Positions 38,525-50,535 are shown, numbered from the stretch's first letter. The stretch is DNA of 64,000 nucleotides from Eledone cirrhosa (GCA_964016885.1 OZ024743.1:243660001-243724000), one strand, 5' to 3'. The notes: generated from the letters alone by a model not told the origin. Translations and numbers: made by a program.

Positions 38525-38792
38525 CCCAAAAGTCAGCTCAAAAGTGACACAGAGGAGACTGAGGTTAGCTGGACATGCTCTCCGACATCCAGAGTTGACA
38601 TTGCACTCAGTGCCCCTTTGGGAGCCCCTACATGGACACACTAGAAGAGGAAGACCAAGGTTAACGTATGTTGATGTCCTAAGGACAGACACTGGTCTGT
38701 TGGAGACGCAGGACATGGCAGCGATAATGAGGGACAGAGACCGCTGGAGAGAACTCGTCCATGGATCTTGGGAATTTTACCCGCCTTAGATA
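38525..38792 (+). mobile_element. 3' end of another RTE/RTEX-like LINE
   Basis: QRRLRLAGHALRHPE...LWEP.HG..RRGRPRLTYVDVL..DTGL...MRDRDRW and a short (TAGA) tail. Confidence 0.8.
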
Positions 38793-38871
38793 GATACATA
38801 TATATATACATACATATATATACATATATATATATATACATATATATATATACATATATATATATACATAT

Positions 38872-40049
38872 ATCATCATCATCAACATCATCACCGTTTT
38901 ACGTCCGTTCTTCCACGCTAGCATGGGTTAGACGGGTTGTCCTGTTGTGTGCAGTGTCTGGTCGGCTGACCATGCCTTGCTCATACAGGAACTGATCTGG
39001 CTTGATTTCTACAGCTGGATGCCCTTCCTAACACCAACCTCATTTACAGTGAGTGCTGGGTGCTTTTTCGTGGCGCCTACACGTCCACTTTACAGTGTGG
39101 GCTGGGTGCTTTTTTGCCGTGGCACCTCCACGACCACCTTGCGGTGGGGAGTGTGGGGGCATATTGTTTATATGCTTCAGCATGTACCCATGGGAGGTCG
39201 GGTACTCTGTATTACTGCGTGACGCCAGAAGTCACGGTCGTGTGTCATTGTCTTTGAGAGGTGTAATTGGGTAAGGTCGGCTTTTATCACCTCATCCCAG
39301 GTCATCTTGGGTCTCCCCACTCCGCGGTTTCCATCAACTTCTAGTGCTCTGCACCTTTTTATGCAGCTGTCATCCTTCATACGCATCACATATCCATACC
39401 AGCGCAACCGCCTCTCCTGCACACAGCATTTGATTCCTCTTATGCTCAGTCTCTCTCTCAATTCATTTATGCTTTGTCGTTCACGTATATTACTGTTACA
39501 CATCCATCGGAGCATGCAGGCTTCGTTTCTCTCTAATCTACGTAAGTCTTCCACCTTCAGCGCCCAGGTCTCACTACCATGCAACATTGCTGTTCGGATA
39601 CACGCATCATACAGTCTGCCTTTCATTCTGAGGGAGAAGCCTTTTGCAGCTAGCAGTGGTAGTAGTTCCCTAAACTTCTTCCATCCCGTTCTTACCCTAG
39701 TTATTGTACTTTCTGAACACCCACCTCCGTTGCTAATTCGGTCACCTAGGTAGCAGAAGCTGTCTACTGTTTCTACAGGGCCCTCCCAGAGATTGGTGGT
39801 ACTTGTTTCCTGTGGCTGTTTGCTGCTTGCTGTTTCAGCACAGCTGCTGCATGTGAATTCTACATTCTTAATTAAGCTTCCTGAGATCCCGCTACATCTC
39901 TTGTGTACCCATTGTTTGCATTTGGGGCAGAGAATGGAGTTCCTACCTACACCTTTCCTACATACTGAGCAAGGCCATTTCCCCGAGGGGATCTGGGTTC
40001 TGTTTTCTCGTCTACTTACAAGGACCTTAGTCTTGGTCATGTTGACTTT
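38872..40049 (-). mobile_element. 5'-truncated RTE family A
   Basis: ORF 39177..40187 from KVNMTKTK through the PHD-like finger to the stop; (CAT)n tail at 38872. Confidence 0.95.
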
Positions 40050-40140
40050 ATACATACATATATATATATATATATACATATATATACATACATATATATA
40101 CATATACATATATATACATGCATATATATACATACATATA

Positions 40141-40180
<40 letters not shown>

Positions 40181-40208
40181 CATACATATATATACATATA
40201 TATATATA

Positions 40209-41197
40209 TAATTGCGCAGAGGGTTCTATAGAAATAGTGGACAGCTTCCGTTACCTGGGCGATAAAATCAGCAGTGGGGGAGGGTGCTCTGAAAGTACAG
40301 TAGCTAGAGTCAGAACTGGTTGGAAAAAGTTCAGAGAGCTTATACCACTATTAGCTGCTAAAGGGTTCTCCCTAAAAATGAAAGGCAGGTTGTACGATGC
40401 CTGCATACGAACAGCAATGTTGCATGGCAGTGAGACCTGGGCATTGTGTGCAGAGGATATACGCAGACTAGAGAGGAACGAAGCTTGCATACTCCGCTGG
40501 ATGTGTAACAGTAATATACGTGAACGGCAAAGCATAAACGAACTAAGGAAAAAATTAGAAATAAGAGGGATCAGATGTTGTTTACTCGAGAGAAGGCTAC
40601 GTTGGTATGGACACGTGATGCGCATGAAAGTCGATAGCTGTATAACAAAGTGCAGGGCAATAAAGATAGACGGTAGCCACGGAATAGGCAGACCTAGAAA
40701 AACCTGGGACGAGCTGATAAACTCCGACCTCACACACTTACACCTCTCCAAGACAATGTCACTGGACCGAGACCTTTAGCGGTACTCAGTAACAGAGAAG
40801 ACCCGCCTTACCTAAATACAAAGTAAAACCTACTACAGTCAGTAGGAATCTCTATCAAAACACACCCCCGTCCCACCACCCCCACACCGCCCCTTTCAAC
40901 GTAAAGTTATGTTGGTGCCACAACATCCAGGCCGAAACAAATGAGATCGTGTAGGTGTCACGACAAAAAAACACACAGTCCACGCTGTAAATGTGGCCAT
41001 GTAGGCAACACGGTAAAAACCTCCCAGCCCCACACTGTAAATGTGGTTGGTGTTAGGAAGGGCATCCAGCTGTAGAAAACCCGCCAGACAGTCCTATGCG
41101 AGCAAGACAACCACTCTTGCCTCAAGTGGGAAAACCCCCGTCCAAACCCATGCAAGCGTGGAACACGGACGCTAAACCTTGATGATGATAATGATGA
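40209..41197 (+). mobile_element. 5'-truncated RTE family B
   Basis: [18 protein letters not shown]...GRPRKTW, 3' UTR distinct from family A, (GAT)n tail. Confidence 0.95.
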
Positions 41198-41215
41198 TAT
41201 ATACTATATATACTA

Positions 41216-41247
<32 letters not shown>

Positions 41248-41294
41248 CTATATATATATATACTATATATATATATACTATATATATATATATA

Positions 41295-41353
<59 letters not shown>

Positions 41354-41354
<1 letters not shown>

Positions 41355-43874
41355 TATATATATATATATATAAAGGGAAGATGGACATTGTTTAGTGTAC
41401 CGAACTTGCATGCTACACCGTTCATCCAATTTTCATGAAACCTCACACATATATAAAACTCAACGCGTAGAGTGGAATAGGCTATTTGAAATTTTCGAAA
41501 AATCGATAATCGGGCCCTATGACAGAATGTTTTTCGATTCCAATGAAATTTTATGTGAATTCGAACACAAGAACTCTTAGTTTACATCTGGCGCAATAAA
41601 AATAAATTTCATATGCCCATATAAGGACGTGCGTTATTGATTGGACGGCCAGCTGCATGTCTTCCCAGCTGTCTCAGTAAACTACCGACCATTAAAGAGT
41701 TTATCTTTTCATATTCCACCTTATTCAAGTGGAAATACAGTATTATCCCTATCTGAAAAGGGAACCAAATTTAATGGCGTCTTTTGTGAACCTAAAAGCT
41801 GTGAGTAAATTTTCAAACAGTCTTAAATAATCATGCTTTTTGAAAAAAAAATTACTAAATAATACGTTGACCAAGTTGTGTTGTACACATACAATACAAG
41901 TAAAAAAATTTATGTCGTACCAATGTTTTCCTTTTTTAAACAAAAGATTCTAAAAAAATTACTTAATTTATAATACAGTCTTTTGCACAGGAAGTGAGTA
42001 ACTTTTCGGGTGTTTAAACATAAGTTCACCAGGGTTTGTGTCTTCATTATTAGCCCACCTCTAATGGCATATTTTGTTCTGCTTACGACTAAATGTTATG
42101 AGCGTATTTGCAATTAATTGCGTACACGTGCACACCTGCATGCAGATAGACACTGACAGCCAATAAAAAATCGATAACTTGCTTATTAAGATATCGGTCA
42201 AAAAGAGAGATTGAATGTACTTTAGAACATTTTTTGAATATATTGTTCTTTTTGGCATGATATGTCAGAAATATAGCTACTATACACTTTGGTTATTTTT
42301 TGTAACTAAAAAACGGTTCCTTTTGGGTGGATACTTAACGAGAAAAATCCTAGGGTTTTGGACAAGTTTGTTTCAGGCGCTGTATAGACGCCTATTTTGT
42401 CACACCTTGGTCATGAATTCGTATTCTTTTCCAATAGATATTTTCCGCTCTATAAGGCTCACCAGGATATAAAGCGTATCATTTAAAATCAGGTCCGCGC
42501 AACGGCGTGTAAGGCCAACCAGAAAATGCTATCTTCTTTACTTTTAGTCTAGATCTATTACTTCTGTTAGAGCCGTGATTGATTACCATTGTATTATTTA
42601 TACATAAGGCTCATCGGAGTATAAAGCGCAGAGCTGTTTTTGATTAAATTTAATTATTTTAAGTGCAATTTATAGACGGGAAAATTCGGTAAGTTATTGT
42701 AATCATATTTCCAAACCTTCCCATTCACCAGTAACCATGCTAACGAATCTGGTGTCATCTCTCTCTGTATTTAATCACCTCTCTCTAACCTAACACCTTC
42801 GTTACAAGTCGTTATGCCCACACGGAAACGTTCAAGACTTACCTCCAAAAAAGGTACAGCTATTGCTTTGAGACAACGAATTAGGCGTTCTCAGGTATGA
42901 GTTCATTCACAATTGATTAATCCTTTATGCAATATTCTCCCTTAATGTTAGCAAGTACTGCGTTTATCCTAACTGTCACCACTTTTAAGCAACTCCAACA
43001 TTCTAATCGTAGTTATATTAAATTTATTGTCTTACCTTGATTCCCTTTTGTTCATGTTAGACTTTTCTCATTTACTATTGACACTGCCATTGGCTTAGCT
43101 AACCAGTAGAATTAATTAATTTTCTTTAGGAAACATCTGCTGAGCGCGAATCTCGACTCGCTGATAGACGTCTTTCCTGGCTGGTTGAGTCACCAACATC
43201 ATGTACGACAAGGCTTGCTGATGTTCGCCTTCGTCGCCAACAAGCGCTGACGGAGGAATCACCAACATCCCGTCAGATGAGGCTTGAGGCTGTGGCAAAG
43301 GGCAATAACCCTAGATACAATTTTGATCAACTTGTTTTCACCTATAGCAAATTTACCGGGACAGGTTTTTAGCTACTCAAATCTACTTCAGAGATCACGC
43401 ATTGATGTCAAAAATCAATAAAACTGAAGTGGGGCTCGACTTTGCGCAAAAAAACAAGGCAAAGTTACACATGGGAAAACTTTTTACAGGAACGTCCTAT
43501 ATTCTTGAAAACTGTCACAAAAGACTCGCCATTATGCTGCGGTTAAGATAAAGGCCGTTTTAATTCTTCTGCACATGTGAGCGCAAAAATTGTAAAAAAA
43601 AAAACCCCTGAAAGTAATCGACATTTTCACCCTGCTTTAAATTAACTGAACATTCAATATCAAGCGATTTTGACATCCGTCAGTCGTGCAGAGAACAATT
43701 TCAACGATACAGTGTGTAACTACAATTAATAAATTACACACCTGTGTCTACTAACCTATTTTTTTCCATTGAAGTTCGAAGTTTTGAACCTGTGATGCGC
43801 GGGAAGTAACTTTCACACATTCTAACAGACCAAAGGTCGACTTACACCCGGGCAACGCCGGGTACTTCTGCTAG
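41354..43874 (+). mobile_element. Non-autonomous Helitron
   Basis: 3' hairpin ACCCGG-gcaacg-CCGGGT (43846-43863) followed by CTAG|T (43871-43875). The 5' end ctatata..taaag lies within (TA)n, with subterminal ccgttcatccaattttcatgaaac. The 5' boundary is approximate. Confidence 0.85.
42814..43372 (+). CDS. Spliced two-exon mini-ORF (42814-42894 + 43130-43372, 107 aa): basic N-terminus plus STPR-like repeats, probably a remnant of the Helitron RepHel 5' end
   Basis: CAG|GTatga donor, CTAAC branch point at 43099, tttctttAG acceptor, phase-0 join RIRRSQ|ETSAERESRLAD, AATAAA at 43417. Confidence 0.65.
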
Positions 43875-43893
43875 TATATATATATATATATAT

Positions 43894-44662
43894 CATAAAA
43901 CATGTCTATAGAATCACCAGATAAAATATATACCATTTCCTCTCCCAATTAGCATAATCAACTATATAAAAATCGAATAGACCAGGCTATAAAAATCGAA
44001 TAGACCAAGCTATAAGAATAAGGCTTCTATGAAGAAATCCCCAACAAAAAACCAAAACTAGCCCTTCGCGTCGGCTGCGACGGAATATTTATCGAATATT
44101 TCGACAGCGTAATCGCCCAGATATACAGTTAATTAAACAGAATTAGGTGTAAAATAAACTAGGAGAAAAGAGAATACATTTATTTACCTCTACCATGGTT
44201 TCGTCCGCATTTTGAGATTTCCAATATATTCGGAAATTTGAATGTATTCTCGGTGCGACCACTTTGGAAAATTTAATGTCTAGATTAGAGCAAACTCCTG
44301 AAGAGACCGATGCTCGAATTTCAGAATATATTTGAAATCTCAAAATGCGGACGAAACCATGGTAGAGGTAAATAAATGTATTCTCTTTTCTCCTAGTTTA
44401 TTTTACACCTAATTCTGTTTAATTAACTGTATATCTGGGCGATTATGCTGTCGAAATATTCGATAAATATTCCGTTGCAGCCGATGCGAAGGGCTAGTTT
44501 CGGTTATTTGTTGGGGATTTCTTCATAGAAGCCTTATTCTTATAGCTTGGTCTATTCGATTTTTATAGCCTGGTCTATTCGATTTTTTATATAGTTGATT
44601 ATGCTAATTGGGAGAGGAAATGGTATATATTTTATCTGGTGATTCTATAGACATGTTTTATG
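43894..44662. repeat. 769-bp near-perfect palindrome (~347-bp arms, ~70-bp spacer), probably derived from a PLE terminus
   Basis: cataaaacatgtctatagaatcacc... mirrored by ...ggtgattctatagacatgttttatg, with few mismatches. Confidence 0.95.
44295..44367 (+). ncRNA. Type I hammerhead ribozyme with palindromic stem III
   Basis: CUC-CUGAAGA-GACCG..(~38 nt)..CGGAC-GAAA-CCAUGG-UA-GAG. ACCAUGGU is self-complementary, with a GUA cleavage triplet ending at 44364. Confidence 0.7.
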
Positions 44663-44780
44663 TATATAGCTCTGATTATTTAATTTATTAACTTTTCAGT
44701 GAGCCACAATGTGACCCGTTGCAAAACACGTATATGTATGTATGTATATATATATATATGTAAACCTTTATATATATATA

Positions 44781-45705
44781 TCCGTTACCTGGGTGACAAA
44801 ATCAGCAGTGGGGGAGGGTGCTCTGAAAGTACAGTAGCTAGAGTCAGAACTGGATGGAAAAAGTTCAGAGAGCTTATACCACTATTAGCCGCTAAAGGGT
44901 TCTCCCTAAAAATGAAAGGCAGGTTGTATGATGCCTGCATACGAACAGCAATGTTGCATGGCAGTGAGACCTGGGCATTGGGTGCAGAGGATATACGCTG
45001 ACTAGAGAGGAACAAAGCTTGCAAGCTCCGCTGGATGTGTAATAGTAATATACGTGAACGGCAAAGCATAAACGAACTAAGGGAAAAATTAGAAATAAGA
45101 GGGATCAGATGTTGTTTACTCGAGAGAAGGCTACGTTGGTATGGTCACGTGATGCGCATGAAAGACGACAGCTGTATAACAAAGTGCAGGGCAATAAAGA
45201 TAGACGGTAGCCACGGAGTAGGCAGACCCAGAAAAACCTGGGACGACCTGATAAATTCCGACCTCACAAACTTACACCTCTCCAAGACAATGTCACTGGA
45301 CCGAGACCTTTGGCGGTACTCAGTAATAGAGAAGACCCGCCTTACCTAAATACAAAGTAAAACCTACTACAGTCAGTAGGCATCTCTAACAAAATACACC
45401 CCCGTCCCACCACCCCCACCCCTTTCAATGTAAAGTTATGTTGGTGCCACAACATCCAGGCCGAATCAAATGAGATCGTGTAGGTGTCACGACAAAAAAA
45501 TACACAGTCCATGCTGTAATGTGGCCGTGTATGCAACACGGTAAAAACCTCCCAGCCCCACACTGTAAATGTGGTTGGTGTTAGGAAGAGCATCCAGCTG
45601 TAGAAAACCCGCCAGACAGTCCTATGCGAGCAAGACAACCACTCTTGGCTCAAGTGGGAAAACTCCCGTCCAAACTCATGCAAGTGTGGAACATGGACGT
45701 TAAAC

Positions 45706-45743
<38 letters not shown>
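44781..45743 (+). mobile_element. 5'-truncated RTE family B
   Basis: RYLGDK...; premature TGA at ~45000; long (GAT)n tail. Confidence 0.95.
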
Positions 45744-45744
<1 letters not shown>

Positions 45745-45775
45745 ATATATATATATATACATACATACATATACT

Positions 45776-46123
45776 GGAGGCACATGGCTTAGTGGTTAGA
45801 GCATTGGCCTTGCAATCGAAAGGTTGTGAGTTCAATTCTCAGAACGGGTGATGTGTTGTTTCCTTGAGCAAGACACTTTATTTCACATTGCTTCAGTTTA
45901 CTCAGCTGTAGAAATGAGATGATAGGGACTGGGGTCCATATCATTCCACTGCAAAGTGGTCGTGGAGGTGCCGCGGCAAAAAAGCACCCAGCACTCACTC
46001 ACTGTAAATGAGGTTGGTGTTAGGAAGGGCATCCAGCTGTAGAAATCAAGCCAGCATCAGTTCCCGTCCCACCCTTGCAAGCAGGGAAAAAGCGGACGTA
46101 AAATGAAATGATGAATGATGATG
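45776..46123 (+). mobile_element. tRNA-derived SINE (family S1) with an RTE-A 3' tail
   Basis: A box TGGCTTAGTGG, B box GTTCAATTC, central ccttgagcaagacactt domain. The 3' part matches the RTE-A 3' UTR and ends in (GAT)n. Confidence 0.9.
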
Positions 46124-46162
46124 ATACTGTATATATATATATATATATATACTGTATATATA

Positions 46163-47057
46163 TCATCATCATCGTTTAACGTCCATCTTCCACGCTTGCA
46201 TGGGAGTTTTCCCACTTGAGGCAAGAGTGGTTGTCTTGCGGGTTTTCTACAGCTGGATGCCCTTCCTAACACCAACCACGTTTACAGTGTGGAACTGGGA
46301 GGTTTTTACCGTGTTACCTACACGCCCACATTACAGCGTGGACTGTGTGTTTTTTTGTCGTGACACCTACACGACCTCATTTGTTTCGGACTGGATGTTG
46401 TGGTACCAACATAACTTTACATTGAAAGGGGTGGTGTGGATGAGGTGGGGGTAGTGGGACGGGGGTGTATTTTGTTAGAGGTGCCTACTGACTGTAGTAG
46501 GTTCCACTTTGTACTTAGGTAAGGCAGGTTTTCTCTATTACTGTGTAGCGCCAAAGATCTCGGTCCAGTGACATTGTCTTGGAGAGGTGTAAGTGTGTGA
46601 GGTCGGAATTTATTAAGTCGTCCCAGGTTTTTCTGGGTCTGCCTACTCCGTGGCTACCGTCTATTTTTATTGCCCTGCACTTTTTTATACAGCTATTGTC
46701 TTTCATGCGCATCACGTGACCATACCAGCGTATACCTCTTATTTCTAATTCTTTCCTTAGTTCGTTTATGCTTTGCCGTTCATGTATATTACTATCACAC
46801 ATCTAGAGGAGCATGCAAGCTTCGTTCCTCTCCAGTCTGCGTATATCCTCTGCACACAATGCCCAGGTCTCACTGCCATGTAACATTGCTGTTCGTATGC
46901 AGGCATCGTACAACCTGCCTTTCATTTTTAGAGAGAACCCTTTAGCGGCTAATAGTGGTATAAGCTCTCTGAACTTTTTCCATCCAGTTGTGACTCTAGC
47001 TACAGTACTTTCAGAGCACCCTCCACCACTGCTGATTTTGTTACCCAAGTAACGGAA
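46163..47057 (-). mobile_element. 5'-truncated RTE family B with small internal deletions
   Basis: ORFs 46515..46802 and 46803..47048; (CAT)n tail. Confidence 0.93.
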
Positions 47058-47059
47058 GT

Positions 47060-47899
47060 ATCATCATCATCATCAACGTTTAACGTCCGTGTTCCACGCT
47101 TGCATGGGTTTGGACGGGGGTAGTCCCACTTGAGGCAAGAGTGATTGTCTTGCTCGCATAGGACTGTCTGGCAGGTTTTCTACAGTTGGATGCCCTTCCT
47201 AACACCAACCACATTTACAGTGTGGGTCTGGGAGGTTTTTACCGTGTTGCCTACACGGCCACATTACAGCGTGGACTGTGTGTTTTTTTGTCGTGACACC
47301 TACACGATCTCATTTGTTTCGGCCTCGATGGCGCGGCACCAACATAACTTTACATAGAACGGGGTGGTGTGGATAGGGTGGGGGTGGGGGTGGTGGGACG
47401 GGGTGTATTTTGTTAGAGATGCCTACTGGCTGGAGTAGGTTTTACTGTATATTTAGGTAAGGCGGGTCTTCTCTGTTACTGAGTACCGCCAAAGGTCTCG
47501 GTCCAGTGACATTGTCTTGGAGAGGTGTAAGTGTGTGATGTCGGAGTTTATCAGCTCGTCCCAGGTTTTTCTAGGTCTGCCTATTCCGTGACTACCGTCT
47601 ATCTTTATTGCCCTGCACTTTTTTATACAGCTATTGTCTTTCATGCGCATCACGTGACCATACCAGCGTAGTCTTCTCTCAAGTAAACAACATCTGATCC
47701 CTCTTATTTCTAATTTTTTCCTTAGTTCGTTCATGCTTTGCCGTTCACGTATATTACTATTACACATCCAGCGGAGCATGCAAGCTTCGTTCCTCTCTAG
47801 TCTGCGTATATCCTCTGCACACAATGCCCAGGTCTCACTGCCATGCAGCATTGCTGTTCGTATGCAGGCATCGTACAACCTGCCTTTCATTTTTAGGGA
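47060..47899 (-). mobile_element. 5'-truncated RTE family B
   Basis: [12 protein letters not shown]...EKTRLT*; its tail abuts the previous copy directly. Confidence 0.93.
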
Positions 47900-48034
47900 G
47901 TACTGTATATATACATATATATATATACTGTATATATACATATATATATATACTGTATATATATACTGTGTATATATATATATATATATATACTGTATAT
48001 ATATATATACTGTATATATATATATATATATATA

Positions 48035-48406
48035 GCAAAACCTACAGTCAGTACGCACCTCTAACAAAAATACACCCCGGCCCCACTACCCCCACCCCAT
48101 CCACACCACCCTTTCAATGTAAAGTTATGTTGGTACCACAACATCCAGTCCGAAACAAATGAGGTCGTGGAGGTGTCACGACAAAAAACACACAGTCCAC
48201 GCTGTAATGTGGCTGTGGAGGTAACACGGTAAAAACCTCCCAGTCCACGCTGTAAATGTGGTTGGTGTTAGGAAGGGCATCCAGCCCTAGAAAACCTGCC
48301 AGACAGTCCTATGCGAGCAAGACAACCATTCTTGCCTCAAGTGGGAAAATTCCCGTTCAAACCCATGCTAGCGTGGAAGATGGACGTTAAACGATGATGA
48401 TGATGA
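48035..48406 (+). mobile_element. RTE family B, 3' UTR only
   Basis: Matches 40825-41195 and has a (GAT)n tail. Confidence 0.9.
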
Positions 48407-48420
48407 TATATATATACTGT

Positions 48421-50535
48421 ATCATCATCATCATCATCATCATCGTTTAACGTCCATGTTCCATGCTTGCATGGGTTTGGACGGGATCTTTCCCACTTGA
48501 GGCAAGAGTGGTTGACTTGCTCGCATAGGACTGTCTGGCGGGTTTTCTACAGCTGGATGCCCTTCCTAACACCAACCACATTTACAGTGTGGGGCTGGGA
48601 GGTTTTTACCGTGTTGCCTACACGGCCACATTACAGCGTGGACTGTGTATTTTTTTGTCGTGACACCTACACGATCTCATCTGATTCGGCCTGTATGTTG
48701 TGGCACCAACATAACTTTACATTGAAAGGGGTGGTGCGGATGGGGTGGGGGTGGTGGGACGGGGGTGTATTTTGTTAGAGATGCCTACTGACTGTAGTAG
48801 GTTTTACTTTGTATTTAGGTAAGGCGGGTCTTCTCTATTACTGAGTACCGCCAAAGGTCTCGGTCCAGTGACATTGTCTTGGAGAGGTGTAAGTGTGTGA
48901 GGTCGGAATTTATCAGCTCGTCCCAGGTTTTTCTGGGTCTGCCTACTCCGTGGCTACCGTCTATCTTTATTGCCCTGCACTTTGTTATACAGCTGTTGTC
49001 TTTCATGCGCATCACGTGACCATACCAACGTAGCCTTCTCTTGAGTAAACAACATCTGATCCCTCTTATTTCGAATTTTTTCCTTAGTTCGTTTATGCTT
49101 TGCCGTTCACGTATATTACTATTACACATCCAGCGGATCATGCAAGCTTCGTTCCTCTCTAGTCTGCGTATATCCTCTGCACCCAATGCCCAGGTCTCAC
49201 TGCCATGCAACATTGCTGTTCGTATGCAGGCATCATGCAACCTGCCTTTCATTTTTAGGGAGAACCCTTTAGCGGCTAATAGTGGTATAAGCTCTCTGAA
49301 CTTTTTCCATCCAGTTCTGACTCTAGCACCTGTACTTTCAGAGCACTCTCCCCCACTGCTGATTTTGTCACCCAGGTAACGGAAGCTGTCCACTATTTCT
49401 ATAGAACCCTCTGCGCAATTGAAAGAGCTAGTATTTTGTGCGCACTTGCAGCTACTTATTGCACCAGAGCACCAGCCACATGTAAAATCTATGTTCTTAG
49501 TTAGCTTACCTGTGATCCCACTACATCTTTTATGCACCCATACTTTGCATTTGAGACATAAAATGGAGTTTCTACCTACGCCTTTCCTACACACTGAGCA
49601 TGGCCACTTTCCGGAAGGGACCGCCGCCTTATTTTCTTTCTTACAAACTAGAAGTTTAGTCTTAGCCAGGTTAATTTTAAGGCCTTTTGATTCTAGGCCG
49701 TGCTTCCATGTTTGGAATTTCTTCTCTAGCTTGGCCATTGATTCAGCTATGAGCGTTAGATCATCTGCGTATAGGAGTTCCCATGGGCAGCCGGTCTTGA
49801 ACTCCTCTGTTATAGCCTGAAGGGCAATAATAAATAGTAGGCGTCTAAGAACAGAGCCCTGATGGACACCAACTTTTACGCTAAACTCTTCACTATATTC
49901 GTTGTTAATTCTAACCTTGCTGACTGTTTCTTTATACATGGCTTGTACAGCTCTCACAAGCCATTCGTCAACACCTAGTTTTCTAAGAGCCCACCAGATA
50001 ATGGAACAGGGGACTCTGTCGAAGGCTTTCTCCAAGTCGACAAAAGCTAAGTATAGGGGTTTACTTTTAGCTAGGTACTTCTCTTGTAGTTGTCGTACAA
50101 TGAAAAGAGCGTCTGTGGTACTTTTGCCTGACACAAACCCGAACTGCATTTCATCTAGATCAATTCTCTCTCTGATTAGTTGCGCTATTACTTTTTCCGT
50201 GACCTTCATGACCTGGTCGATTAATTTAATGCCTCTATAGTTACTCCTATCTAGGGCATCTCCTTTACTCTTATAACAGTTAATGATGATGCTGCTACGC
50301 CAGTCCTTCGTAACAACCCCATTCTGTACGACTTGGTTTACTATCCGGGTGACCATGGTGTGTCCCACCGTTCCAGATGCCTTCAGCATCTCAACAACTA
50401 TTTCCGAAGGCCCAGCCGCCTTACCCGTCTTCATATCTTTGATTGCCTTACTTATTATACTACCCTCGACTAACACTGCTGGTCCCTCTATTGGGTCGAT
50501 GTGGGGGAGACTGTCTTTCTCCCATTTATTCTCCT
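48421..50535 (-). mobile_element. Longest RTE family B copy (5'-truncated, no endonuclease)
   Basis: Contains the RT ORF and a (CAT)n tail, with tatatatatactgt on both flanks. Confidence 0.95.
48815..50476 (-). CDS. RTE reverse transcriptase ORF (553 aa) with an embedded PHD-like finger
   Basis: [57 protein letters not shown]. Confidence 0.93.
   Translation of the reverse strand: MLVEGSIISKAIKDMKTGKAAGPSEIVVEMLKASGTVGHTMVTRIVNQVVQNGVVTKDWRSSIIINCYKSKGDALDRSNYRGIKLIDQVMKVTEKVIAQLIRERIDLDEMQFGFVSGKSTTDALFIVRQLQEKYLAKSKPLYLAFVDLEKAFDRVPCSIIWWALRKLGVDEWLVRAVQAMYKETVSKVRINNEYSEEFSVKVGVHQGSVLRRLLFIIALQAITEEFKTGCPWELLYADDLTLIAESMAKLEKKFQTWKHGLESKGLKINLAKTKLLVCKKENKAAVPSGKWPCSVCRKGVGRNSILCLKCKVWVHKRCSGITGKLTKNIDFTCGWCSGAISSCKCAQNTSSFNCAEGSIEIVDSFRYLGDKISSGGECSESTGARVRTGWKKFRELIPLLAAKGFSLKMKGRLHDACIRTAMLHGSETWALGAEDIRRLERNEACMIRWMCNSNIRERQSINELRKKFEIRGIRCCLLKRRLRWYGHVMRMKDNSCITKCRAIKIDGSHGVGRPRKTWDELINSDLTHLHLSKTMSLDRDLWRYSVIEKTRLT

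Noticed and set aside
45776-45850. tRNA gene
   Set aside because: A and B boxes are present but continue into a SINE body and LINE tail, with no convincing acceptor stem.
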